Shown in pieces: positions 41,640-53,695 of a stretch of 64,000 nt of DNA. The notes beneath the pieces were generated by a model that saw nothing but the letters and a program-made list of their open reading frames with translations, was not told where the DNA came from and searched no databases. Each line of letters starts with the position of its first letter. Positions within the stretch are counted from its first letter, which is position 1. Position numbers and translations under genes: made by a program. The DNA is from Epiperipatus broadwayi (taxonomy: Eukaryota; Animalia; Onychophora): assembly GCA_028023455.1 (NCBI GenBank), contig JAQFVV010000004.1, positions 24,924,001 through 24,988,000 of the forward strand, in the 5' to 3' direction.

Positions 41640-43150
41640 ATATTTACATATTATAAAAATAGGATGTGACTCCCTTTTAAAATATGAATAATTTATTTAT
41701 GAAAGTATATTATGTTATGAGCTGAATAAGGAGATGCATATTTCTATGATTTATTTTATAATTATTTCTTGCCTAATATTAATGGAGCCATATTTGGCAT
41801 GAATTATTATTATTTATCATATTTCACAATTTTTAGCTGTCATATTTTTGTTAGAGATATTAGATTTATTTTTGCTTTATTGCAGGTGTGCTTTTAAATG
41901 CCAGTTTATTTAACAATTGTAATGTTTGTTTTCATCATTATTCTACTAATCTATTTTCAAAAGGAATGGTAGGATTATCTCTCTTATTATTTGTTGTCTT
42001 GTTAGTGTTTATATGCTCATGACATAGTAATTTTTAGAGATTATAGCTTAAGATCTCTTTATTTCAAGGCAATTTCTATTATTATTTTGTCACTGATGCA
42101 CATTCTCAGTATTTTCCTGACTAGTTACAAAGTTCTAGATCCTTTATTAGCTCTCAAAAGTAGGTGCACCATATTAGCTATGCCATCATATTTTCAAATT
42201 GCCTTACTTTATTTTTATTGAAGATTAATTTTATTTATAGTTTATAGTATTTTTAATAAAGCATGTACATTTTAACATGACTTTATCTGGCATTTTTAAT
42301 TGTTTATCAAAGTATTGAGGAATTCTATATTACCTCTATAATAACATTTCTCAACCTTTTTGCCATGCGACCCAATAGACTTCATTGAAATAGTTCTGCG
42401 ACCCAAGTGTTTATTACATAAATTATAATATAAAATAAAAGACATATTAAATCAGCATGGTACTGTATATATGTACATATTCAGATCAATTTGATAATAT
42501 TTATAATGAATAAATAATTTGTAAGTTAAATGGTGATTTAGAGTTAAACTACATATTTTTAATTTAAAAGCTTAACATATTTTGTTAATTACCCAAAAAA
42601 ATGTGTTTTTATTTCAAATAAGGTTGCATTAATTTAACATTTTGACTGCATTAATTTTAGTTGCATTTTTGGTTGCAATTTTTTGAACAATTACATTTTG
42701 AAAATAATTGCAAAATTTAACATTATGATTATTTAAGTTCAAATTTATAATTGAATTTGAGAAAACTACACAAAGCATAGGTACTATTACTTACTATTTT
42801 TTTTTATTAATACTAATATTTTCTAAAAAGATTTTTGCTATCAGATATTTATGTTTTTATTTCTTGGTGCATATTCGTAACCTATTAAAAATTCAATGTG
42901 ACCCAAAATTAGGAGCACGACCCAAAGGTTGAGAAATGCTGCTTTATAGCATTCTTGATAAGTTTAAAATGTGAATAATACATTTTAAATGTGTAAGTAG
43001 TATATTTGAACTTTTCTAATTGTCGGGACTAAATATGCTAATAATTAAGTTTAAAATTTTAAAGTTTATTCTAGGCATAAATAGACAATATAAATGTGTC
43101 TTATAATTTCTTCATTGTGGGATTGGTAAGCTAATATTATTATTATTATT
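41640..43150 (-). repeat. Paralog of the 31480-32430 repeat, interrupted by a hAT MITE
   Basis: Similarity continues on both sides of 42342-42941. Confidence 0.75.
42342..42941. mobile_element. 600-bp hAT (Charlie/MER5-like) MITE
   Basis: TIRs taacatttctcaaccttt / aaaggttgagaaatgctg; subterminal gcgacccaa repeats; 8-bp flanks ctctataa / ctttatag. The empty site in the paralog reads ctctatag. Confidence 0.85.
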
Positions 43151-46100
43151 GAATATGCTAAATAATCATAAAAGGAAATAAACAATAGAAAGTTACTTTA
43201 TTATGCCAGATTATTTTGCTTAATCCAATGGAGTATATTTCAATCAAACATGATACAAATTTGTATTTTTAATTCTTCTGTGACACTGTAAAACTTTTGG
43301 CTATGTACACTCAAATGTAGAGTATTTGTAATTTTGTTTTGTCTTCTTGTAAATATATATTTATTGTTATATTTAAGAAACTTTTGTAGTCATTATTTAT
43401 ATCATTCCACTTATTAAATAGAAATCATTCCACACATTGATTAAAATTTAAATGCTTATAAAATATTATACTATTATTTTATGTGTATTTGCTAAAATAG
43501 TACATGACATTTAAGTTAATAACAGTCATTTTATTAAATTATTTAAGCACAAGTATTATATCTAAGAAAGATGTATTTGTTTTAATAAAATTGGATTTAT
43601 TATTTGGATCATTTAATTAATTTAATTTGCTTATTTTAAATCACTGTGCATATTCATTCTAAAATTATTTTCATATTAGATGATCATATTTATTATTTTA
43701 TAATAAGATTTAATTTTACAAGTACCTAGTTCATAGTTAGAAGTTGCTTAAGTAGATTTGTCCTAACATGTTTAAGATGGCTACAAAATCCCTTACCCAT
43801 TCTTTATACCTGAGTATAATTTTACCTTATTAATTATCTTATTCTAAAATGAAGAGATCATGATATATTTTATTTAACATAATAATATCATTGTTATTGT
43901 CATAATTATAATAAGACATTAGCTTAGGAAAAGGGTATATCTTATTTATTTTATTAACTAGGATTGCGTTCAACATTGAATAAATCTAAAGAGTCAAAAA
44001 GAATTTATGAGCTCATATTTTCCTGAGATACCCTGATTTAATTTTATGGACCATATTATTATTAAATTTATTTTAATATCATAATTTTTATTCAAAGATG
44101 GATCTTAAGTGATATAGATTTTCAAAGGACATTTTAAATTTATAAGAATTAAATAATGTTTTATCTGATCAAAGCAACGAGATGCTTAAAAGATCTTTTT
44201 GAAGATGGAAAGAAAAAAATGTAGTTTATTGTATTAGATTTTTGTAGAAGAAAGAAATTTAAATGTAACCTCAATGTCATATGTTTATAATATCAAGATT
44301 CTTTTACATATACTCAAGTGGGTTAAGATTTCTCCTCCTCTTTATTTATCATATATAATGTTACTTTGCATTTTATTATATTTTATTATAATGCTTCCCT
44401 TGTATATTTTTATATTGTGGTATATGTTATGAACCTGCTAAGCATAACTATTGAGAGATCTTTAGAATACAGAATGGTGCTTGCAGCTGTACTTATGTAT
44501 CTGACATTATTATCATTATCACAATCTTCTTGGTTACAAAAAGTAGCATCATTATTCTCATTTTCATATCATCACTCTTCTATAATTGGTATATATATAT
44601 ATATTGTAACAGTATAAAAATAAACAAGAGAGAAAGAGACTTCATTTACATACCTAAACTTAGGATGCCAAAATCTATAATGGAATAAATGAGAGCAATG
44701 AGATAAGCTTTGTTATGCCCTACAAATTGAGTAAATCTAAAACTAAAACAGTATAAATTATACAATATCAAATCAATAATTGAGTAAAGCAAATCTGAAA
44801 TGGAATAAATTTAAGTAACAACTTTATTTAAGCTCACAAATGAAATAACCCAAATTTATATTGAATAAAGTTAAAATGTATTAATAATATTTATATATTA
44901 AATAAATCTCAACTTGATTGGATGTCAAAATTGGAATACACAATATAAAATAATGTATTTGAAAATTTATAATAGATATATTAACTAATAATCTATTTTG
45001 GGATTCATACGTAAAATAACCATTTCAGTCTTATGTATTAAAATTTATATTAGTATTAAAAAATGAATAAAATTATTTTAATTTGATAATTATATAAAAA
45101 TTTATATTAATAATTTATTGATTAGCTGTTATGTTGAAATAATATCAGTTGATCTTTTTGAAAATATTCGATTATGGTTTAATAGTTACTGAATCCTAAC
45201 AAAATAATAAAATATATATTATTTTACTGCTTAAACTTGAAATATTTGTAATTGCAAGAATCTTCTAATTATTATTACTATTTCATATGCCTACCAAATC
45301 AAACAGGACTATATTAACTCAAGTTTAATAATAAACAATAACTTTTTTACAAAATTAATAAGACATTAATAAGCTTTAATAGTTTAAATCAATGTATTAT
45401 AAAACATTCTATTTTATTTTGACTATAACATGATGTTAACATATTATATATTATTAAACCATAGAGAAAATATTTATTTATTTGTTGTCACCAATAAACA
45501 GTATATATATATTAATTCTAAATATTCTCATAGGTAAATGATGAATTCATTGTATTATTTCCGGGAGCTTCCCTATAATAAAAATATAATAGCTAAATAG
45601 CTGATATTTCAGTACAAAAAAAAGTATTTTCCAGAGCTTCTTTTTGCTCAAATCGCAAGAATGTGTGTGGCAAGATTTAAAATCATTATTTTTTTTCTTG
45701 GTTATTTTATGTAAAACATATTTAAAAAATGCTAACTTATCGAAGTTTGCCTTCTGAATATTTAAAAACAAACAAAAAAGCAAATTATTAAATGACAATT
45801 TATTAGAATTATTTTAAAATAAATTTAGAGTTATTAAAATTTTATTTTGGTTAATTATATATCTATATGTTTTTGCTTACACACATATACACACTAAACG
45901 ACCTTTAAAAAAATCAGCTATAATAATACCAATAATAATTATATAAATAAAGCAAACAATCTGCTAGGATACCAATCAATACTTTTACACAAAAAGTTCT
46001 ACAGTTTTTAAGTTACTTTTATTAAAATCACAGAAAAAAATTCATGAAATGACAATATTTTAAAATACAGTAATTTCCAAGGCTTATTTCTTTTTAAAAT

Positions 46101-46371
46101 ATTTGAAGTTTATTTAACAAAATTTTTTTAATGGTTTATAAAATAAGATTTGCATTGTAGTTAACGTTGAATAACAAATATTATTTCATCCTTCAAATGA
46201 TTATTTATCAAATTGCAAATTATTCCATTTGGCAAATTACTATTATCCTTGGTAAATTAGTGGCTTCTTGGCACACACGCATATGCATGTATATATATGA
46301 AAATAATAAATATATGAACTAACCTAAGGAAATATAAAAAATACTAATAAAAGAAAAAAACACACAATTAC

Positions 46372-46444
46372 TTCTCTATAAAGCTGCTTTAATATTTCAA
46401 GGGCAGACTGGTTTTCATCAGAAATCACAGCAAAATGCCTACTT
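46372..46444 (-). CDS. Internal exon of an unidentified host gene (RSRHFAVISDENQSALEILKQLYRE)
   Basis: Acceptor ttctag, donor gtaatt, 73 nt, phase 2 to 0. Joins in frame with exon 53176-53276. Confidence 0.65.
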
Positions 46445-46956
46445 CTAGAATTTAAACATTAAAAAATTACATACATTCACATATCAGATAATAAAATTAA
46501 TTCCTATAAGTTAAAATTCTTTCCTTATAAATCATTTTTTTTAAACTTTTTTTAAAAAAAACTTTCCTTACTAAATCTCCTGCTCTTAAAACACATTCCT
46601 TATACAACAATTCTTATCAATCCACCAACTGATAAATATCTTTTACTTATTGTTTTAAAACAACAACAACAACAAAAAAACAGTAATACATTTTTATAAA
46701 ATTCTTATAAAATACTTATAAAACTTTACAAAAATCTACAAAAATAAAAACTTTACAAACACAAATTAAAAATTACTATAATACGTGTATGTTCATTGAA
46801 AAATGGCCTTACAAGAATTACATACAAAAAAACTATACAAAAACCTTGTACAAAAAAACTTTTTAAAAAAAAAAACCAAAAAACTAAAAACATATATATA
46901 CATATTATTATATATAAAAATGATTAATTTATTTGAAATAAAATCTGCAAATACAT

Positions 46957-47585
46957 GATCTCAAAGAATTTAAAAATCATTGTTTGGTTTTCTTTTAAAG
47001 ATTTATTATGTAGTTAAAATACATTTTTTATAAAGAACAATTCCAAATATCCATAGTTTTAAAGAAAGGATGAAGCTATAAAAAACTTTCTATTTTGAGT
47101 TGGATTTTTTAGATCACAAAAATGAGTTTCTTTGAAACATTTTTGATGAATGCTAGCAAAATACTTGCTTTATTTTATTAGAATTCATTAATAAAAAATT
47201 AAATCATTGAAAGTTAAAGGTTCGTTGTCTATTCTTAAATACTATAAATTCATTGGCAATTTTGAGTTCTTATAAAATCAATAAGGTGCATATGTTAAAA
47301 AGTTGAAATCCTTTCTCTTTAATTACATACACATTTTTTAAAGCACCAACAGGATAAACTTTCTCCATGCCAAATGAAATTTTAAGCATGCCTTTTAAAT
47401 GCAATATAATTTAACAAACATATTTTTTACATATGATTATTTGTAATTTAAAATATTTAATGACCAATAATAACTAGACCAATTTTTATACTGTATATAA
47501 TAAAATTGATAGAATCATGTTGGCACACAGAATAACATTCTAACGTGGATTCAGCAGAACACCACTAAAATGTTGCCCCCTCCTG
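46957..47585 (-). mobile_element. Second, partial copy of the 5809-6945 hAT element
   Basis: Shares long blocks such as cacaaaaatgagtttctt(g/t)gaaacatttttgatgaatgctag. Ends in TIR-like gttgccccctcctg. Confidence 0.7.
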
Positions 47586-48935
47586 CTCTACATTATGTTA
47601 CAATAATACAGCCCAGCATGGAATTCAAAATTACATTTATGCGCTAAAAGGTTTGTTTTAAAATTATCGAAATTCATAGCATTTGTTTTACTTTTTAATA
47701 TCTATTTTACACTTGCCAACTTTTGAATTTGCAATTAAGATATATGCATATATTTATAAATATTAAATTGCATGTATCTCCATTAAAATTCCAAATTAAT
47801 TTAGAAGGAAAGAATAAAAATCACATAATATACTTTATTATAAATATCTATGTTTATGTTTGCCTAACTAATTCTCCTTTATCATTCTTTATTTTTATAT
47901 GGGAAGATTATTGCAGCCTCTGTTGCCAATCTTTAAAATTATGCTTATTGTTCTCATCCATGACCGAATATCTTTATTATTGGTGAAATTAAATGAATGG
48001 CTCTCAACAATTGATAAATTGTTACTACATATATGTTATATCATTTATCTTATATAAATTAATCATTTACTTATAAAATCTCTGATTCTATATATAAATG
48101 TACAAATAACTCCAGAGTTTTTGTAATGAAATATTAGTAAGAAACTGTTTTAAAATGTATTTCTCCAAATCATTTAATTTCTTGAAAGTTTTTTTTTATA
48201 ATTTGGCTATTCAATCAGAAGAAAAATTATTCTAATGAAATTCAACTTTTATGTAATATAAACTGGCATGTGTATTATTGATTATTATCATCTAAAATCC
48301 CAATGGAAAGAAAATTGTAATGGATATTTTGTATGTCCAAAACAGGATTAAATACTATGCAATTTTCCCTTTTTAATGTTAGTATCTTATTAAGATGACT
48401 TAAAATTTATATAAAAAGAATCTTATCTCAGTTTCTTGTTTAAAAGAACATTTTACCAAACATTACTATTAACATTGAATTCTAATTGTGAAATTTAGGT
48501 ATATATATTAACACTGAATCATTTCAAGCATTTATGCATTTTAATGAGATACATATTGCTAAAACATATTTACATTTGTTATATAATAAATTTTATCATT
48601 GCTTGTCATTTTGTCAAAAAGTATGGATGTCATATGATCTTATGATATGAATGTTTACATTTTGAAATATAGATACATATACTTTATTATTAGAGATATG
48701 TGTTTTTCTTGAGTAAATTTGTTTTTTCTGATTTATTATTTCAAGGTCATTCTGAATACTAGTCATTTTTACTAATATATTCAAATTTGGATGTAAGTCA
48801 TAATTTTTTTTAGCAGCATCTAAAATAATTGAAACAACCAAAACTCTCCATACAGTAGTGCAACTCAGTGCAAGCCAGAGTAATCAGTGGGTGCCAGAAG
48901 GCTTGGTACATAAAATCCCTATCCATTGCCTACTC

Positions 48936-48999
48936 ATCCAATATTCCCAGACTAGTTTCTGGCTTGTGACCCTCATCAGTGAGGAGAGGAGGCTTAGAT
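48936..48999 (-). ncRNA. Minimal type I hammerhead ribozyme, minus-strand copy
   Basis: UCCUCA-CUGAUGA-G-GGU-CACAA-GCC-A-GAAA-CUAGUC^UGGGAA..UUGGAU. Predicted cleavage between 48950 and 48949. Stem I has one mismatch and a 5-nt insertion. Confidence 0.75.
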
Positions 49000-49460
49000 C
49001 TTATAGCACTACACCTAGATCTTAGGATCTAATGCAACCTTCCATCAACATTTTTTATCTCTACCTAACTGCAAAACCATGAGAATAAAATTGAAAACAA
49101 TAATATTTTCAATCTAAGCTCATTGGCTTGCACTGAGTGGCACTACTGTATGGAGAGTTTTGCCTGTTTTAATAACAGTTATGAGCAAGCATAAGAAATG
49201 GTGATCGTGTGATGTTTGATGGTTAAATACCAATCATGCCTAATAGGATGGTGGTGGCTATGGTTATTAAAGAACCAAAGACACCAAAATGTATGGGTAC
49301 TGAACTGAGTCCAGACCTATATTACTATATAAGTCAATGACCTTAGATTGAAAATATTGTGTTTTCAATTTTATTCTCATGGTTTTGTAGTTAAGTAGAG
49401 ATAAAAAGTGGCTGCTGGAGGGTTGCATTAGATCCTAAGATCTAGGTGTAGTGTTCTCAG

Positions 49461-49519
49461 ATCCAAGGCTCCTCACTGATGAAGGCCACAAGTCAGAAAC
49501 TAGTCTGGGGATATTGGAT
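49461..49519 (+). ncRNA. Minimal type I hammerhead ribozyme, plus-strand copy
   Basis: AUCCAA-GGC-UCCUCA-CUGAUGA(49476-82)-A-GGC-CACAA-GUC-A-GAAA(49496-99)-CUAGUC^UGGGGA-UA-UUGGAU. Stem I is 6+6 bp with an internal loop. Predicted GUC cleavage after 49505. Confidence 0.85.
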
Positions 49520-50846
49520 GAATGGGCTGAATAGGGATTTTATGCACAGGCCTTCTAGCATCAATTACTCTGGCTTGCACTGAGTGGCACTACTGTATGG
49601 AGAGTTTTAATAACAATCATGAGCAAGCATAAGAAATGGCAACCATGTAATGTTTGATGGTTATCTAGAATAATTGTATACTTTCAGTGCTTCCTTGCTA
49701 TTGTAGTACTGGGTTTGAACTAGTCAGAATATTTTTTGTATTCATTAGGCTATTAATTTTGATGGCAGGAAACAATCCAGTGCATTGTTTGATAAAAAAT
49801 AATATGCTTGTACGATTATTTAACCACAGTATTTTTATAAATGTTATATATTTTTATTTCATCTACTGTTATTATTATATTCAAATGAGCACTTGTATGT
49901 TTGTGCACACATACTAATACATATGAACGCAGATACATTTTCTCTCACATTGAAATGAATCTGAAAATCATAAAAAATATTTGCTACATCTTAAATTTGA
50001 AAAATATGGATTTAATATATTGGGACTTATAGACCCATTATAAATATTGTTAATATAATAAGTGATACATTTTATTATTTACAATTTGATCAAAGAGGAT
50101 TCCAACTCAATTCTGCTTTGACCTCAAATGTTTATTTTAATTATAATTGTTTTGAAAAAGCTAAATAAACATTATTCTGTGATTTCTTGATTAAAAATAC
50201 CATTTTAATCAACAATTTATAAATAAATTTAAACTTTCTATCTTTTTGGAAATATTTAACTCGGAATTTGCAGAACAGTGTACATTATTTTAAATTGTTG
50301 TAAATAAGTTATATTTAATAATATAATTTGTACATATTTTATTAAGTAACTTACTGCATCAAATATATTCGATATCATTGCCTCATGAATATGATTGAAT
50401 GGAGTTCAAACTTAGTTCTGCCACTTTAATTCTTTGATAAGTAGCAACTATATTTTATTATATTGTTAGATACTTAGAATAAATAAAGTTGATAATTTAA
50501 TGATATGTTTTTTGCATTTTATTAAATTATGATATTAATCCATCCCTAAAATAATTCCTCCTTTAATTAATCAATAGTTATTTAAAATATTTTAAGATTT
50601 ATTTTATAAATTTTAAAAGATTTGTTAAATACCTTTGTGAAGAAAATTTAACATTATGTAAATGATTTATATATAGAAAACTAGAGGGTGAGCAATAATA
50701 AAATTCCTAAGGATCTCAACTAAAAGTGAAAATGCATTTTTTCTTCAATGATATGATATATATAATGACTTACCATCATAATATCTATATATATTGAAAC
50801 CATTAAAAAGACCAATTATGACTCAATGGCAATAATATGATAAAAG

Positions 50847-51115
50847 CCAGTTGAGATGTTGTGATCTCGGTTGAGATGGTAGGTCGATATGGAAGATGGG
50901 CGACTATATTTAACTTGACTTGCAATTGGCGACACAAAGTTTTTATATGCACACACAAAATAAAACTATTCTATACTTTAATAATAGATTTCGATTGAAA
51001 CAGCATGTTAATGTGGAAGATGTGCGACTATATTTCACTTGATTTGCAATTTGCTACACATGCAAGTTTTTATATTTCCACGTAAGCTAAAACTATTCTA
51101 TACTTTAATAATAGA
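50847..51115 (-). mobile_element. Tandemly duplicated unit of about 125 bp; possible non-autonomous Helitron
   Basis: Units at 50890-50991 and 51014-51118. Minus strand starts A|TCTATTATTAAAG and ends with hairpin gagat-cacaac-atctc followed by CTGG (CTRR), but the next base is C rather than T. Confidence 0.35.
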
Positions 51116-53175
51116 TTTACATTTACTAAAATAATGAATACATTTTTCAGGGTTATTCAGTAATATGTGTACTCTTAGTCTTATTCTATTTTATTAATAA
51201 AAATATTTGCAATTATATTGTTTCTTACTATAAGAACTAATTAAGAGTAATTCAATCTGTTTTAAAACTAGGGTTAGCAATTTTAAATATAAAGTTGGTT
51301 AATGATTTATCTCAGGATTTTGTAAAATAAGAAAATAAAAGCATGAATATAAAGTGTTTTTATGCATTTTATATGACAATGTAAAAGGAATTTTATGTAT
51401 ATCACCTTATTCAATATGATTATATTTCAGATAGCATTAATATAGTAGTGATTTGTTTAATCCAAATAGATTTAATGTGTAATCTAATATTTCAAATATA
51501 ATCTTTTTTATATAGTGAATATGCAATGACGTTTCTTTAATAGTGACAAAAGAGAAATATTAAAAATTAACAATTACTTTATTACACAATATAAAATAAA
51601 TAATAATAAACGAATAATAACAATAAGAAAATTATATAAAATGTCTAATAAATATTACTATTTGTTTCCTAAATTTAACTTAAACTTGGGATAAAAAAAG
51701 TGTATTAAGTGATGTGAAAACACTAACATTAAATAGGTATAGGTTGTTTATTTTAAAATAAAAATAAAAATCCTCAATTCAAATACTAGAGGATACTAAC
51801 CTTCATCACAACAATCAATGATAAATGTTCTGTGTGCTCCTTAATTAGTTTGTTTCACTAACTAATCAATCTCAATAATGGATAAGTTTTTACTCTTTTA
51901 AGAGAAGCTAGTACAATAATTGCTTAGTATATCTAAATGATATTTATCACATTGGGCTTATTTATTTTACCTTAAGATCCTTTACTATATTCATTTTTAG
52001 GTTTAAATATTAAGAGTGCTTCTCTAGTAACAAAATATAACTAAATCATTAGGATGCCTGATTATGTATTGTATAACATTTAAAATATTAATACTATCAT
52101 ATAAGAATAATGCATAAAATATTTCATATGGATCTAATCATCTAAATAGAAATGATTAACTTCATTCAACTAAGATTAATAATTGCAATATAGTACAGTT
52201 TTATATAAGTTTAATAATTATTTACATTTAGCCAACCTAAACCTAAGGTAAATCACATTTAATCCCATTCATTGTCAACAATAATAATATTAAGTAAAAA
52301 TATTACATATACATGAATATAGTAATATCTGAAAAACTTTATTACATTAATAACAACTGTAATATTTACTAAGGCTGTAACTTTAAGAATGTAATATTAA
52401 CTAACTAAAAAGAAGCAATTATGAGAAAGTGCATTAAATAATTCATACAGTTTATTGCACAATTAATTTCATTTTTGTAATATAATCCTTTCTCAACATA
52501 GCATAAAGATTAATAAATTTCATTTATCATATTTGTTGACTCAACCTAAGTTACATTCTACACATTAATACAGTTTAAGATTGTTTATCATTTGGATGAT
52601 TATTATATTTAATATTTGCTTTAATAATTCACAAGTCAGGAGTGGCAATTAAATATTTAGCTTCATAATCCATTATCTACTGAATGATATTTAAATATTT
52701 AGCCATGATATTCTGTAATGCACTGGATACAAATTTATAGTTTGTTACACACAGCAATTTAATTCATTTGAATAGTTGTTATAGTATTATACAAAGGATT
52801 AGCATTGATTACTTCTTTAATATGAGATATGTAATTAACATAGTCATTTACAGATCTTTAATCCATGATTCAAATAATTCTGATCATATCTTTGATCAAG
52901 CAAATAGTTTATCTTCTATAACAAAGCAACTATCATTACTTTTTGAATCAAAGTTTGTTTCTCTAAGTGATAAGTTTATGGATGTATATTTGAGCTGAAA
53001 AAATATTGTTTAAAGTTTTTCCTTACACACTTAAAGATGAAATAAATTTTACTATATTAAGACTTAATATTCACATTTTTTGAAGTAAAGATAAAACAAT
53101 TATTTTGCAATATTTAAAAAATAATCATCAGCAACTTATTTGAAGTTAATAAATATAATTTTCCAATTATACCAC

Positions 53176-53276
53176 CTATTTAATATTTCTTCCAATTCAA
53201 AAAGTCCAGTGATTTTGTTGAAGTTGTGAGATAGCACTTCATAAATCAATTTATCTATTTTCCTATTAATGGTAGA
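53176..53276 (-). CDS. Internal exon of an unidentified host gene (STINRKIDKLIYEVLSHNFNKITGLFELEEILNR)
   Basis: Acceptor catttattacag, donor gtggta, 101 nt, only one open frame, phase 0 to 2. Confidence 0.65.
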
Positions 53277-53566
53277 CTGTAATAAATGATATTTATTGAA
53301 ACAATGAATTAATTAATTAATCAATCATGGTTTCTGATTTTTTGTTATTGTTCATCTTTTTCTAGAATGTTGAGAACAAGTCATTTTTAAAGTAGCAAAA
53401 GCAAATACGTAGCAGTTTAGCTTAGCTGATCATCATGTAGATGGCAATCAAAATGACTATTTAAAAATTTGAATCTGTTTAGGTTCTGACTGCAAGAAAA
53501 ATTTGTGAAACCTGGATTTTCCAAACATGAGCTTTTATACCAATTATCAAATGATGTCTGTGTTAC

Positions 53567-53695
53567 AGAATATTTTCCATCATACATTGGGGCATTAGGG
53601 TTTCTTAGTTTGCCTGAGAAATATTGGAAAAAGTTGACATGGTTATTGCTTGGCAAAAATGAGTTAAGATTTTTTTGAATCAATGCATAGTAAAA
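53567..53695 (-). CDS. Candidate exon (FYYALIQKNLNSFLPSNNHVNFFQYFSGKLRNPNAPMYDGKYS)
   Basis: Strong acceptor tttttttttcttaag, within ORF 53417-53716. The donor (gtaaca) was chosen for phase compatibility and alternatives exist. Confidence 0.45.

Larger units (their letters stand above)
48828..49663. mobile_element. Non-coding retrozyme-like element: unit of about 447 nt (49124-49570) plus partial repeat (49571-49663), preceded by an inverted partial copy (48828-49124)
   Basis: tggcttgcactgagtggcactactgtatggagagtttt occurs at 49124 and 49571, and a near-identical reverse complement lies at about 48840-48876. 48840-49124 is the reverse complement of about 49334-49608. No ORF; contains hammerhead cores. 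Confidence 0.85.

Noticed and set aside
41886-41968. Good-looking plus-strand exon (VLLNASLFNNCNVCFHHYSTNLFSKGM; tgcag / gtagga)
   Set aside because: Lies inside the 41640-43150 interspersed repeat, so it is probably chance (exonisation not excluded).
43076-43126. Plus-strand exon candidate with strong donor gtaagc
   Set aside because: Also inside the same repeat, and the acceptor is weak.
46395-46421. CTGATGA...GAAA on the minus strand, hammerhead-like
   Set aside because: No stem II or stem I pairing; it is coding sequence (SDENQSALE).
52853-52916. Minus exon candidate KINYLLDQRYDQNYLNHGLKI
   Set aside because: Phase-incompatible with the better-supported 53176-to-46444 junction.
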